A stretch of 63,586 bases of DNA, the filler included, from an uncultured Synergistales bacterium (GTDB taxonomy: Bacteria > Synergistota > Synergistia > Synergistales > Aminobacteriaceae): the NCBI GenBank assembly GCA_937897575.1. It is 6 parts of 6 records of this genome, joined end to end, with 100 filler letters (N's around TTAATTAATTAA, not from the genome) between each part and the next. Parts side by side here need not be neighbours in the genome. Positions count along the whole stretch, not along the records: positions 45,827 to 56,599 come from CALCQG010000022.1; 5 more parts are not named here. The stretch is one strand, 5' to 3'. The notes below the pieces were generated by a model. The model worked only from the letters and a program-made list of their open reading frames with translations, made no database searches and was not told the origin of the DNA. A program made the position numbers and the translations under genes. This document shows positions 48,371 to 56,699 of this stretch, piece by piece. Every line of letters starts with the position of its first letter. Position 1 is the first letter of the stretch.

Positions 48371-48862
48371 TCAACCTATCTTCGAGCGGAGCCTTGAGGC
48401 GAAGTCGTCTTTTTCGTCTTCATTCGGGACCTCAAGCCTTCCCCGCGAGGATGGGGTCATGCCAAACTCAATGCAGAGGCACTTCAGCATTTGGGCGTAT
48501 TTCATCGACACCCCGACAGCAGGGTGTGCGACACTGTTCCGTTCACCCTTCGTATTCACGTAGTCCGATATCATCCCCTCGGATTCAACCTGATTTTCAG
48601 CCTCCTCGATGCGGGCCTGACAGATAGCCATGATATTTATCAGCGGGATCTCCGCGTCTGTAAGCATTTTCATGGCCCGCAGTATGCGCACATTGTCCAT
48701 GAATGCCCTGTGAGCAACGGGGTTGTTTTTCACCGCGTCCCATTCAATGACGTTCTCACTCACCGGAGGCATCGGCTCGTTCTTCGAGAGAAAACGAGAC
48801 TTCGGATCTCCGTCAAGCTCCTTCAATCGCCTTGGTTTCGGTTTCCTTCCAGTCGTAGCCAT
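48371..48862 (-). CDS. Phage terminase small subunit (P27 family)
   Basis: GRKPKP N-terminus, HPAV, EFGMTPSSRGRL; AAGGAGGTG SD; immediately upstream of terL. Confidence 0.9.
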   Translation of the reverse strand: MATTGRKPKPRRLKELDGDPKSRFLSKNEPMPPVSENVIEWDAVKNNPVAHRAFMDNVRILRAMKMLTDAEIPLINIMAICQARIEEAENQVESEGMISDYVNTKGERNSVAHPAVGVSMKYAQMLKCLCIEFGMTPSSRGRLEVPNEDEKDDFASRLRSKIG

Positions 48863-48879
48863 CACTTCACCTCCTTAAA

Positions 48880-48970
48880 AGGGCAGGTCCAGTTTCCGAT
48901 TATCTCGCGCGTGACCTCCCGGCGTTGCGCTGAACGCCGTCTATCAGCTATTTTGCCCCCCCCCTACCCT
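48880..48970. other. Probable cos/packaging-initiation region
   Basis: Lies at the HNH 3' end and upstream of terS, with a G-run followed by a GC-rich stretch, where cos sites usually lie in HNH-terS-terL phages. The exact cut site is not determinable. Confidence 0.4.
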
Positions 48971-49258
48971 GTGCAGCCTGCTATGGCAGCCCCAGCACAG
49001 GGATTCCAAGTTGTCGATGTCAAGGGGTGAGCCACCCTCTGATATCTCCACTTTATGGTGCACCAGCTCGGCAGCCGTGACCCTGCCCTGTCTCTGGCAC
49101 TCCTCACAGAGCGGATGCCTGCCTCGGTACCAATCCCGAAGCCGACGCCACTCCGAGGTAGCGTAGAACGCATGCCGTGCCGGGCGGGACTTGTTATACC
49201 ACCGCTCTTTATCCTTGCGCCGTTTGGTCGCATATTGCTCCCCAGGCTTCCTCGGCAT
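48944..49258 (-). CDS. Phage packaging HNH endonuclease
   Basis: MPRKP start, FYATSEWRRLR, HPLCEEC, VHHK, NLESLCWGCHSRLH. Confidence 0.92.
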   Translation of the reverse strand: MPRKPGEQYATKRRKDKERWYNKSRPARHAFYATSEWRRLRDWYRGRHPLCEECQRQGRVTAAELVHHKVEISEGGSPLDIDNLESLCWGCHSRLHRVGGGQNS

Positions 49259-49350
49259 AGCCTCACCTCCAGATATAGAGCGGGCCTCCCCTGGGGAGAC
49301 GACCCTGTAACCGAACACCGGTAAGGTAGCGATTTGCCCGGCGGGTGTTG

Positions 49351-49491
49351 TCACGATTCATCCAGATAAATTACCACTCTGCCCTGCCCTTCATCCTCCT
49401 CGATGTACTCCTCCAGGTATGGATGGAGCGCCGCGCACTCACCATCAGCAAGAGCGGGGTAGTTGATGCCGAGGCTAATCAAACGACTCAT
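49351..49491 (-). CDS. Small acidic phage hypothetical protein (46 aa)
   Basis: MSRLISLGINYPALADGECAALHPYLEEYIEEDEGQGRVVIYLDES with GAGGTG SD; below the ORF-track size cutoff. Confidence 0.5.
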   Translation of the reverse strand: MSRLISLGINYPALADGECAALHPYLEEYIEEDEGQGRVVIYLDES

Positions 49492-49672
49492 GAGTCACCT
49501 CGCGTCCAGCCCGCGTTTCAGATATACACCATTCTTTCGTCACTTTGAGGATAATATAGTTTTCGTCCCGGCACAGTATCTCCGCGTCCCATGGCACGGT
49601 AGCCCATGCCAGATTGACGACCTGGAACCATGGAACACAATTGCCCCGTTGAACTTTGACAAGACCGAACAC
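49475..49672 (-). CDS. Small phage hypothetical protein
   Basis: GTG start after GGAGGTG: (M)FGLVKVQRGNCVPWFQVV...; part of ORF 49475..49777. Confidence 0.5.
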   Translation of the reverse strand: MFGLVKVQRGNCVPWFQVVNLAWATVPWDAEILCRDENYIILKVTKEWCISETRAGREVTHESFD

Positions 49673-49697
49673 AATGCGCCCCACCTCCGGGACAAAT

Positions 49698-49781
49698 AAA
49701 AAATGCCCGGCTGGATGGCCGGGCTTATGCAGTAATGAACATATCACAGATTCGAGCAAAACCATGCCAGAAACCATGCCA
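49698..49781 (-). promoter_or_regulatory. Putative late promoter with tandem activator sites and a downstream hairpin
   Basis: Direct repeat AAACCATGCCA at 49759-49769 and 49771-49781; minus-strand TGA-TATGTT extended -10-like element; then GCCCGGC/GCCGGGC hairpin with a T-run. Confidence 0.55.
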
Positions 49782-49793
49782 ACTTTCCGACAC

Positions 49794-50225
49794 CTAATCT
49801 AAAAACCCAAGGAAACACGCTCCTGTCCTGACAAGCACCTTACGTAAACGCCACCTTGTGCGCTCGCTTATAGACATGACATCCTGTATCTCAATCCATG
49901 TATGCTTCTGCCGATACCGCAAATCGAAAAGGGTGACCAGTTCCGGATGTTGTTCTGAGAGGTGGGTTAGCATGTGCTGTATTGGTGCTGTTCGCAATCT
50001 GCACTTAGCTATCTGCTCATCGAGAAATTCTAGTTGCTCAAACCACATGCTGATAGGATCGCTGTACGATGTGCCCGTGTCTACCCGCTCCTGGAAGTCT
50101 GAACCGGAGCGGACAACATCAAGGCATCTTTGTCTGTCAATGAGGTTCTGAAGCTGGTTCGCGTTATATGAATATCCGTAGAACTCCCGCTCTACCGCAC
50201 GGAATAAAGTATTGTCCAGCGTCAC
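49794..50225 (-). CDS. RinA/ArpU-like phage late transcriptional activator
   Basis: FRAVEREFYGY N-terminus and C-terminal HTH LFDLRYRQKHTWIEIQDVMSISERTRWRLRK; located between the replication and packaging modules. Confidence 0.8.
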   Translation of the reverse strand: MTLDNTLFRAVEREFYGYSYNANQLQNLIDRQRCLDVVRSGSDFQERVDTGTSYSDPISMWFEQLEFLDEQIAKCRLRTAPIQHMLTHLSEQHPELVTLFDLRYRQKHTWIEIQDVMSISERTRWRLRKVLVRTGACFLGFLD

Positions 50226-50273
50226 ACGTTCACCTCCCTCTCCATGTGTAGCCGTCCCTCTTGCACACCACCG

Positions 50274-50822
50274 CTACTCCAAGAGCGAACCAGCCTGTAA
50301 ACATTCCTGCAACGAACCAGACAACAGGCATTTCCCCACCTCCCGCGCACCGATGCAGAACTGAAGCAATGTCCCGTTGTTATCAACCACCATGTCAAAA
50401 GATTCGCCATCCAACTCGCACTCCGACGGGTGGGAACGAGCCTCAGGGGAAAGGCCGTTGTCGTGGTCAGTGCGGTTAATGCGGACGGTCACCACGCTGT
50501 ACCCGTGCTCGCGTCCCCATATCTGCATTAGACTAATCTCGTTTCGATAGCGGCAATCAGTGATTACTACCATGTCGTGACTGATAGACTCCTGAAGGCG
50601 TCGTATCCAGTGGTCCGGCTCGTAATGCCGCCAGACTGAGCCGAGTTCCTGCAGGAGGATGCGCCCTCTAAAGTCCTTCTGCCCGTTCCAGCCGCCTGCT
50701 ATAGCCTCGTCTTTCAAGGCTTTTGCGAAGGAGTATTTGTGGAAGCCCAGACATTGTATGGAGTCGGCAAATGTGTCCTTACCGGCCTGTGCCTTACCGG
50801 AGAGGAGTATTAAATATTTCAC
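50274..50822 (-). CDS. Phage deoxynucleoside monophosphate kinase-like P-loop protein
   Basis: LSGKAQAGKDT, SFAKALK, RILLQELG, ITDCRYRNE, HPSECELD, NNGT. Confidence 0.8.
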   Translation of the reverse strand: MKYLILLSGKAQAGKDTFADSIQCLGFHKYSFAKALKDEAIAGGWNGQKDFRGRILLQELGSVWRHYEPDHWIRRLQESISHDMVVITDCRYRNEISLMQIWGREHGYSVVTVRINRTDHDNGLSPEARSHPSECELDGESFDMVVDNNGTLLQFCIGAREVGKCLLSGSLQECLQAGSLLE

Positions 50823-51106
50823 AGTCCAATCGCCTCCAATGGCATCAAACAGTCCCTGCCTTCCGGCTGCACAAAAATCCTCATGTTGTGCCTGATTGCA
50901 TACGCCAGCTCCCGCCTGCACCCGTCGCTATTCCACCATGCACCAAAAAACAGCGCCTCGTCGCACTGTGCCAGCATCCTCAGGCAGTGCTCAAGCGCTC
51001 CCTCGTGATCTGTCCGGAACCAACGGAACGCGTGGATGGGGCTGAGGATGAGGATGTCGGGCTCGTCGTGGATGAGGCGCAGGCATATCCTCGAGTCGGT
51101 TTTCAT
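50819..51106 (-). CDS. DUF4406-like (nucleoside deoxyribosyltransferase-like fold) protein
   Basis: SPIHAF, CLRMLAQCDEALFFGAWWNSDGCRRELAYA. The N-terminus looks short for the family. Confidence 0.65.
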   Translation of the reverse strand: MKTDSRICLRLIHDEPDILILSPIHAFRWFRTDHEGALEHCLRMLAQCDEALFFGAWWNSDGCRRELAYAIRHNMRIFVQPEGRDCLMPLEAIGL

Positions 51107-51228
51107 CTTTTCACCTCCGGGATGAGTGTATTTTCTGATTCTTTTTCATGTATCCATGTCCTCGTACTCATTTTTCCCCTCCTTGTTTACCGGAAAATGT
51201 TTACAGGATTTTTGACCCGCGAGCCGCC

Positions 51229-51437
51229 GGGACTACGGGACAAGGTATATATACCTTGTCCCACGTGTCCCGAAGCATTCGCATCGCCCCCCCTCTTGTC
51301 CCGGCCCTTGTCCAAGTTTTTGTAAACCGTTGCAATTACTAGGATTGATACCTGGGACAAACTTGTCCCGCGATTTGTCCCGAATCGCGCGAAGCGGGAC
51401 AAGGGGGGTATATTGTGAAAGTTTTAGTTAGTCCCGG
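51229..51437. repeat. GGGACA/TGTCCC repeat array (putative phage replication origin)
   Basis: At least eight GGGACA/TGTCCC hexamers in both orientations, including the perfect 26-bp palindrome GGGACAAGGTATATATACCTTGTCCC (51237-51262), directly downstream of the primase-helicase. Confidence 0.75.
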
Positions 51438-51454
51438 TATACACTAAATTTTTG

Positions 51455-53434
51455 TTACCTCATTGTTAACAATACACTTAAAAACGTGTTATCAAAAACT
51501 GTCCATCCGTCACCCTCGCGCTTTATTACTTCACCGTTCATTAGATACCCTATCAGCTTGGTGGTGTGGGACGGTTTAATCATATTTTTTGCCGTTCCCT
51601 CGGTGATTCCGTTTTCGTGTATCAGGAAGTCAAGCAGTTTTTTCTTATCAACGTATGGACGTCCGTCTACAATCTCGCAACCAGTGGCGAACCAGGCACG
51701 CTCGAACATTTTTTTATGCTCGGCAAGTTTGGAGTCTTTCTTTGTTTCAGCAGGAGCATCACAAGGCAGTACGATGGCACTGTGTACCTGCTCGCCGTCC
51801 TCGTCGAACCATCCAGGTATTTCCACCTGCATCAAATCGACAAAGGCTGACGGTTCAAGCTCCCCGTCCTTCTGCTTCCTTTGGACAAGTTCCATTGGAT
51901 TTCCACCAACCACGGAGATTTCCACGTCCAGGGCACCACGCCAGGCCGAGGAACCCCGTGCCCTGTTTTGCGCATCTTCCGATACCCCCGTATGGTGGAC
52001 GAGGATAACGGAACAGCCAAATTCCCGCATGAGACCGGCGCAGGCGTCCAGCATTGTTTTCGCGTCCTGTGCCTTGTTTTCGTCGCCTGCAAGGAAACGG
52101 TGCAGGGTGTCCACCACCACTAAATCGGGCTTCTTTGGAAGGGCGCGGATGTGGTCTATCGTTTTCCGGTATCCCGTAGCCGATATATTCAGATCACATC
52201 CGTCGCGGGAGAGCCACATATCCAAACGCTCTATTCCGTGGTAATGCTTCCATGCCGCAACGCGAGCCTTCAGTCCCCAATGTCCTTCACCTGCGAGGTA
52301 GACCACAGTACCATCCCGTACTTTCATGCCGTTCCAGGTCGGCAATCCTGCGGCAATACGAAGGCACCAGTCAAGCACCACAAACGTCTTACCGCATCCT
52401 GATGGGCCATGCACCATAATTAAGGCGTCGCCCTGTATCCATTTTTTGACGAGCCATCGGATAGGCGCGGGGCGTGCGCAGAACTCGTCTGCCTGGACAA
52501 GCCAGTCTCCAAGATCGGGTTGCAGGAGTTGAAACAAATCATGACCCGCCTGTACGTAATCATTTGCGTCGCCTGTCTCGGGAGGGATGATGACGCGGGT
52601 ATTCCACCGCTCCGAGGCTTTTATGGCCTCCCGCTGTCCGGTGCCGCTCTCATCGTTGTCCGCGACGATAACGATGTCCTGCTGGTCGCCGAACTTCTCG
52701 CGAAGCAGTCCAGCCACGTTGACGAGATTCCCGGCAGTGTAGGCAATGAACACTGCCGCATTTGTCGCCTCGTGGATGGATGCAGAAGTTGCGAATCCTT
52801 CAGCAAGATAAATCGTCTTGCCCGGTGTTCCGATCAACCAGTACCGCCCCTTCGTCGCCCCTCCGGAGTGGTAGAGTTTCGAGCCGTCCGGTGCGATGTA
52901 CTGGAGGGTGGACAGGTTCCCTCCCTCGTCGTAGAGCGGGAGTACCAATCTACTGTCGCCTGACACCCTCGCGCCGTGGGGCTGGACGCCCTTGCGTTTC
53001 AGGTATGGATGGTCGGGGCTTGCCGGTGCGCAACGCTCCCAAATCTCGGCCACCGTCTCAGACACAACGGCAATAGTCTTTCCCCGCTCCTCGTCCCTGG
53101 CGCGTTTGGCCTCCTCGTACCGCTTGTCTCTGGCGATCCGTTCATTCAGTGTCAGCTCTCGTCCTATGTCGGCACACCATCGCTGATGAAGACTGCTCTT
53201 CCAGTCACCGAATGACCCGGCAACAACTCCGTCAGGGTAGGCGATATACCATCCCGACTTGTTGCCCCTCTTGCCGTCAGGGTTGAACCGATGTATCCGT
53301 CCGTCAATCAGTATCGTTGGAGGAGGTTCTATCCCCGCCTCCTCCATGGCGCGGGCGAGCTGGATGTCCGGAGGGGCTGTATCGCGATCGTTAACTAGAC
53401 ATGGCCCGTTGAAAAATCGTGTAAGGCTTGCCAT
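51455..53434 (-). CDS. Phage primase-helicase (TOPRIM plus RepA/AAA_25-type ATPase)
   Basis: HPYLKRKG, LAEGFAT, IVADND (TOPRIM); HGPSGCGKT, YLAGEG, VVDTLHR, LVHHTG, ARGSSA. Confidence 0.9.
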   Translation of the reverse strand: MASLTRFFNGPCLVNDRDTAPPDIQLARAMEEAGIEPPPTILIDGRIHRFNPDGKRGNKSGWYIAYPDGVVAGSFGDWKSSLHQRWCADIGRELTLNERIARDKRYEEAKRARDEERGKTIAVVSETVAEIWERCAPASPDHPYLKRKGVQPHGARVSGDSRLVLPLYDEGGNLSTLQYIAPDGSKLYHSGGATKGRYWLIGTPGKTIYLAEGFATSASIHEATNAAVFIAYTAGNLVNVAGLLREKFGDQQDIVIVADNDESGTGQREAIKASERWNTRVIIPPETGDANDYVQAGHDLFQLLQPDLGDWLVQADEFCARPAPIRWLVKKWIQGDALIMVHGPSGCGKTFVVLDWCLRIAAGLPTWNGMKVRDGTVVYLAGEGHWGLKARVAAWKHYHGIERLDMWLSRDGCDLNISATGYRKTIDHIRALPKKPDLVVVDTLHRFLAGDENKAQDAKTMLDACAGLMREFGCSVILVHHTGVSEDAQNRARGSSAWRGALDVEISVVGGNPMELVQRKQKDGELEPSAFVDLMQVEIPGWFDEDGEQVHSAIVLPCDAPAETKKDSKLAEHKKMFERAWFATGCEIVDGRPYVDKKKLLDFLIHENGITEGTAKNMIKPSHTTKLIGYLMNGEVIKREGDGWTVFDNTFLSVLLTMR

Positions 53435-53772
53435 TCATCCACCTCCCCCTGTGCCGCTTCACAACCGGCGCAAATGGCGACGCGGTACCCGCATGATTCC
53501 AGATACCCCTTCCATGAGGACTGATCCTCCGATACAACCCCACCCTTGACACGCTTCATCTCGATGAACAAGCCCCATGCCGGGATAAAAAGGTCAGGCA
53601 CGCCGCGAGAGACACCCTCTGCCTTGAGACGGCACGCAACGGATGGACTGCGCGCCCCGCCGTTTGGAATCGCAAAAATACGGACGTCAGGAAACTTGCG
53701 CCGGAACCACTGTACGAACGTCCTTTGTTCCTCGTGCTCAGTCGGGATATGGTCAGGCGCTTTGCTCGTCAT
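53395..53772 (-). CDS. VRR-NUC domain nuclease
   Basis: EHEEQ, FAIPNGG, EGVSRGVPDL, FIEMK, SEDQ (PD-(D/E)xK fold). Confidence 0.9.
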   Translation of the reverse strand: MTSKAPDHIPTEHEEQRTFVQWFRRKFPDVRIFAIPNGGARSPSVACRLKAEGVSRGVPDLFIPAWGLFIEMKRVKGGVVSEDQSSWKGYLESCGYRVAICAGCEAAQGEVDEWQALHDFSTGHV

Positions 53773-56500
53773 CCCAATACCTCGCTGTCACCCGGTAAAA
53801 TTTACCGTCCTTTTGGCGGTTGATCCTGTTAGGAGCAGGAACAGCGCTCATCACACTGACAACCTCATCCAGGTCATATGGGTTACGGATATCAGCCCCC
53901 ACCCTGCGGGCAATGCCAAGCAGTGTACGGACTGCTTTGTCTCCGGCGTATCCTCCGTGGAGAAGACATAGGTATTCAGTGACCGACTCGAAAAAGTTAC
54001 CGTAATACGTGACCGTCACCATCTCCTTTCCGCTCGCGGCAGTGTACCGTCTCCATTGCCAGTCTTTGACAACCATGTTATTGTCCTGTCCCATGATGTC
54101 ATCGTTGTGGAGTTCCAGTTTTTTCGGCTTGCGCTCTGGGAACCTCCATCCGCACTCAGGGCATTCGAGAGCAGCAAGCGCTACCAGTTCGTGGCATTGT
54201 TCGCACACCTTTACAGGGGGCTCGCCCGTACCTTCACCGCCCTTTGTCGGCGGGTGGACGTTTACTATAGGGCCGTGGGTCTGCACCACTCCGGCGAAGT
54301 CAAGCAATAAACAGTGGTCAGTGTGAGTCTTGATTCTCATCCCTCGCCCCGCCATCTGTACGTATAGCCCAGGCGACATAGTGGGACGGCACATGGCGAT
54401 TAAATCAATGTCAGGGTAATCGAATCCCGTTGTGTTCCCCGTAACAAAAACCTTTCCTTTTCTGCGACAGATTAAAAAAGATGTTGTGGAGGTTACACAC
54501 CAAACTCTTTCATTTTTCCACTCTACTTCCATTCGAGAGCTTTTTTTCGTGTAACAGAAAGAAGCCCTCCCCCCCCAAGCGAATATCCATTGTTGTGAGT
54601 GATTTTCTTTTCTCGGAGGGGATAGTTTTGATAGAGTGGAAGAGATACCGCGCATAGAGCACGCCGCTTGTAGCACGTTGTATAGATCAAACTGTGTACC
54701 CGCAACATATTGGTTTTTTCTATTAGACGTTCCATGATGGATACCGTCGGCAAGCCACAACCCATACAATAGAGCCTTTAGTTGATCTTTACTTAACCCT
54801 AAAAAGAGGTTGGTCCCTCTTTTTTTCAAATAAGGTTCAAGGTGGAAAAAACCACCAGGCACCTCCTGTTTGTCTCCACCAGTCCCCCTAGAAAAACTCC
54901 ATCTAACAGCATCGTTTTGCATGTTCCCGTTTTTAGGAGTTATGCTTTTTGTGTAATGTAATCCGCACTCATTGAAAATACCCTCCGCCTCTTCCACAAT
55001 GTCTTGATAAGTCATAGACTGTGCTATCGACATTCTTCCGGCGGAAATGGTTCCATCTCCAAGCCAAAACCCTATAAACCGGCACTCCCACAAAGACAGC
55101 TCATTGGGTTTTTTGTATTTCATTGACAGTCTTCTAAACGCAAGATCCTCCGCTTTCTTCCTTGCTTCTTCTTTTGAATACCCCTTCTTCCTGTAGTTAT
55201 GCGAATTTGCTATTACCTGTTTTGAAAAGCTTGTTTTTCGTTGAGTTGGAGATGGAACATCCATGTCGATAGGATGCGACTCCCCAAATACTGGTATTGA
55301 AAAACTTTTGCCAATCAATGTGTTCGCCGGAACGACTTTGATGTTTGCTCGCTTTACCCCTGATTGCACTACCATCCTATGGTTACTTGTCACTCGAATT
55401 TCAGCGGCCATTCCACCGCCAAAAACAACCATTTGTTCGCCTTCCATCCTATTTCGCCTAACTATTTGTTCGGGAGTGGCGAAGTCAATTTGCCCACCTG
55501 GCTTCCATCCTGCAATTAAATAGTCAGCGCTCATTTCATCAATCCCAACAAACCCCCTTGATGTTAATATTTCCGTTTCTTCATCAAGACACAGTACGTT
55601 CGCGTTTGTCACCGCCCGGATATCACCGGCCTTAAATTTTTCGATAATCTGTTCCCGTTCGCGCTTCGGTGTTTCACCCGTCACGCATTCAGCCGGGACG
55701 CCGTGTTCATTTAGTAGTTCCTCCATGGCATATGCATGAGCCACGCCTGAACAAAAAAACAGCCATGCCTTGCGTTCTTCAGCCAGCGCAATGGTCTCCT
55801 TTACAACCCGCTCGTTTTGTTTGCGTGTGTTGACTGCGGCCTGGAGTTCGCTTTCAATGAATTCACCGCCGCGCTTATGGACTCCATCGGTTGAAAGTTG
55901 CAGTTCTGTGAATTTTGATTTAAGCGGAGCAAGGTAGCCCTTTGCTATCAATTCCTCGATGGAGGTGGGTTCTATGAGGTCGTCGAAAAACGCCTCGCCC
56001 TCCGTAATCATCCCGTGCCCCAGGCGGTACGGCGTGGCGGTGAGTCCTATGACACGAAGGTTAGGGTTGAACACCTTCAGCGCGTCAATGAACGTCCGGT
56101 ATCCGCCCTCGTTCTTGTGACTGATCAAATGCGCCTCGTCCACGATCACGAGGTCCACGTGTCCCACCTTGTCAGCGTGTTTTCTGATGGATTGGATTCC
56201 GGCAATGGTAATAGGCTCACCGAGCTGTTTTTTTCCGATGGACGCAGAGAAAATCCCAATGGGGGCAGTTGGCCACGCCATCAGGATTTTTTCAACGTCT
56301 TGTTCGATAAGTTCCTTTACGTGAGTTAATATCAGTATTTTTTGGTCCGGCCACGACTGGATAACATCACGGCAAAGTTCGGCTATGATGTGACTTTTCC
56401 CGGAGCCGGTCGGAAGTACTAAACATGGATGTCCTCTGTTCCCCTCGAACCAGCGATAGAGGTAGTCGATGGTTCGCTGTTGATAATCCCTGAGGGGCAT
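53753..56500 (-). CDS. Superfamily 2 helicase (RadD/YejH-like, C-terminal Zn finger), intein-containing
   Basis: LRDYQ, LPTGSGKS, VDEAH, GLTATP, NANVL/TTGFD split by an insertion, YVQMAGRGMR, CEQC...CPECG. Confidence 0.92.
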   Translation of the reverse strand: MPLRDYQQRTIDYLYRWFEGNRGHPCLVLPTGSGKSHIIAELCRDVIQSWPDQKILILTHVKELIEQDVEKILMAWPTAPIGIFSASIGKKQLGEPITIAGIQSIRKHADKVGHVDLVIVDEAHLISHKNEGGYRTFIDALKVFNPNLRVIGLTATPYRLGHGMITEGEAFFDDLIEPTSIEELIAKGYLAPLKSKFTELQLSTDGVHKRGGEFIESELQAAVNTRKQNERVVKETIALAEERKAWLFFCSGVAHAYAMEELLNEHGVPAECVTGETPKREREQIIEKFKAGDIRAVTNANVLCLDEETEILTSRGFVGIDEMSADYLIAGWKPGGQIDFATPEQIVRRNRMEGEQMVVFGGGMAAEIRVTSNHRMVVQSGVKRANIKVVPANTLIGKSFSIPVFGESHPIDMDVPSPTQRKTSFSKQVIANSHNYRKKGYSKEEARKKAEDLAFRRLSMKYKKPNELSLWECRFIGFWLGDGTISAGRMSIAQSMTYQDIVEEAEGIFNECGLHYTKSITPKNGNMQNDAVRWSFSRGTGGDKQEVPGGFFHLEPYLKKRGTNLFLGLSKDQLKALLYGLWLADGIHHGTSNRKNQYVAGTQFDLYNVLQAACSMRGISSTLSKLSPPRKENHSQQWIFAWGGRASFCYTKKSSRMEVEWKNERVWCVTSTTSFLICRRKGKVFVTGNTTGFDYPDIDLIAMCRPTMSPGLYVQMAGRGMRIKTHTDHCLLLDFAGVVQTHGPIVNVHPPTKGGEGTGEPPVKVCEQCHELVALAALECPECGWRFPERKPKKLELHNDDIMGQDNNMVVKDWQWRRYTAASGKEMVTVTYYGNFFESVTEYLCLLHGGYAGDKAVRTLLGIARRVGADIRNPYDLDEVVSVMSAVPAPNRINRQKDGKFYRVTARYWDDEQSA
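54434..55591 (-). mobile_element. Intein with LAGLIDADG homing endonuclease (386 aa)
   Basis: Block A CLDEETEILTSRGF, block B VTSNHRM, LAGLIDADG-like FIGFWLGDG and LLYGLWLADG, blocks F/G VWCVTSTTSFLICRRKGKVFVTGN followed by Thr+1. Removal restores VLTTGFD. Confidence 0.93.
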
Positions 56501-56599
56501 TCTTCCACCTCCTCGAACGGCCCGAACGTTTCATCCTGCGCCTTCCACGTCCAGTCAACAATTTCACGACTCCCAATAACATTCCCGTCCGCCTCGCCG

Positions 56600-56699
56600 N
56601 NNNNNNNNNNNNNNNNNNNNNNNNNNNNNNNNNNNNNNNNNNNTTAATTAATTAANNNNNNNNNNNNNNNNNNNNNNNNNNNNNNNNNNNNNNNNNNNN
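56600..56699. other. Artificial contig spacer
   Basis: N-run, TTAATTAATTAA, N-run. Confidence 0.98.

Larger units (their letters stand above)
45827..56599 (-). mobile_element. Tailed phage/prophage fragment (replication, late control, packaging)
   Basis: The whole contig consists of co-oriented phage genes and is visibly more AT-rich than the other contigs. No integrase or att site is visible. Confidence 0.93.

Noticed and set aside
51103..51171. 22-codon ORF with a strong SD, or a frameshifted N-terminus of the DUF4406-like gene
   Set aside because: Both readings are possible (an A5 run after an ATG near 51149), but the evidence is too thin to choose without alignments or reads.
51229..51437. 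Repeat array as a possible CRISPR
   Set aside because: Units are only 6-9 bp, in both orientations and irregularly spaced, with no cas genes; an iteron array fits better.
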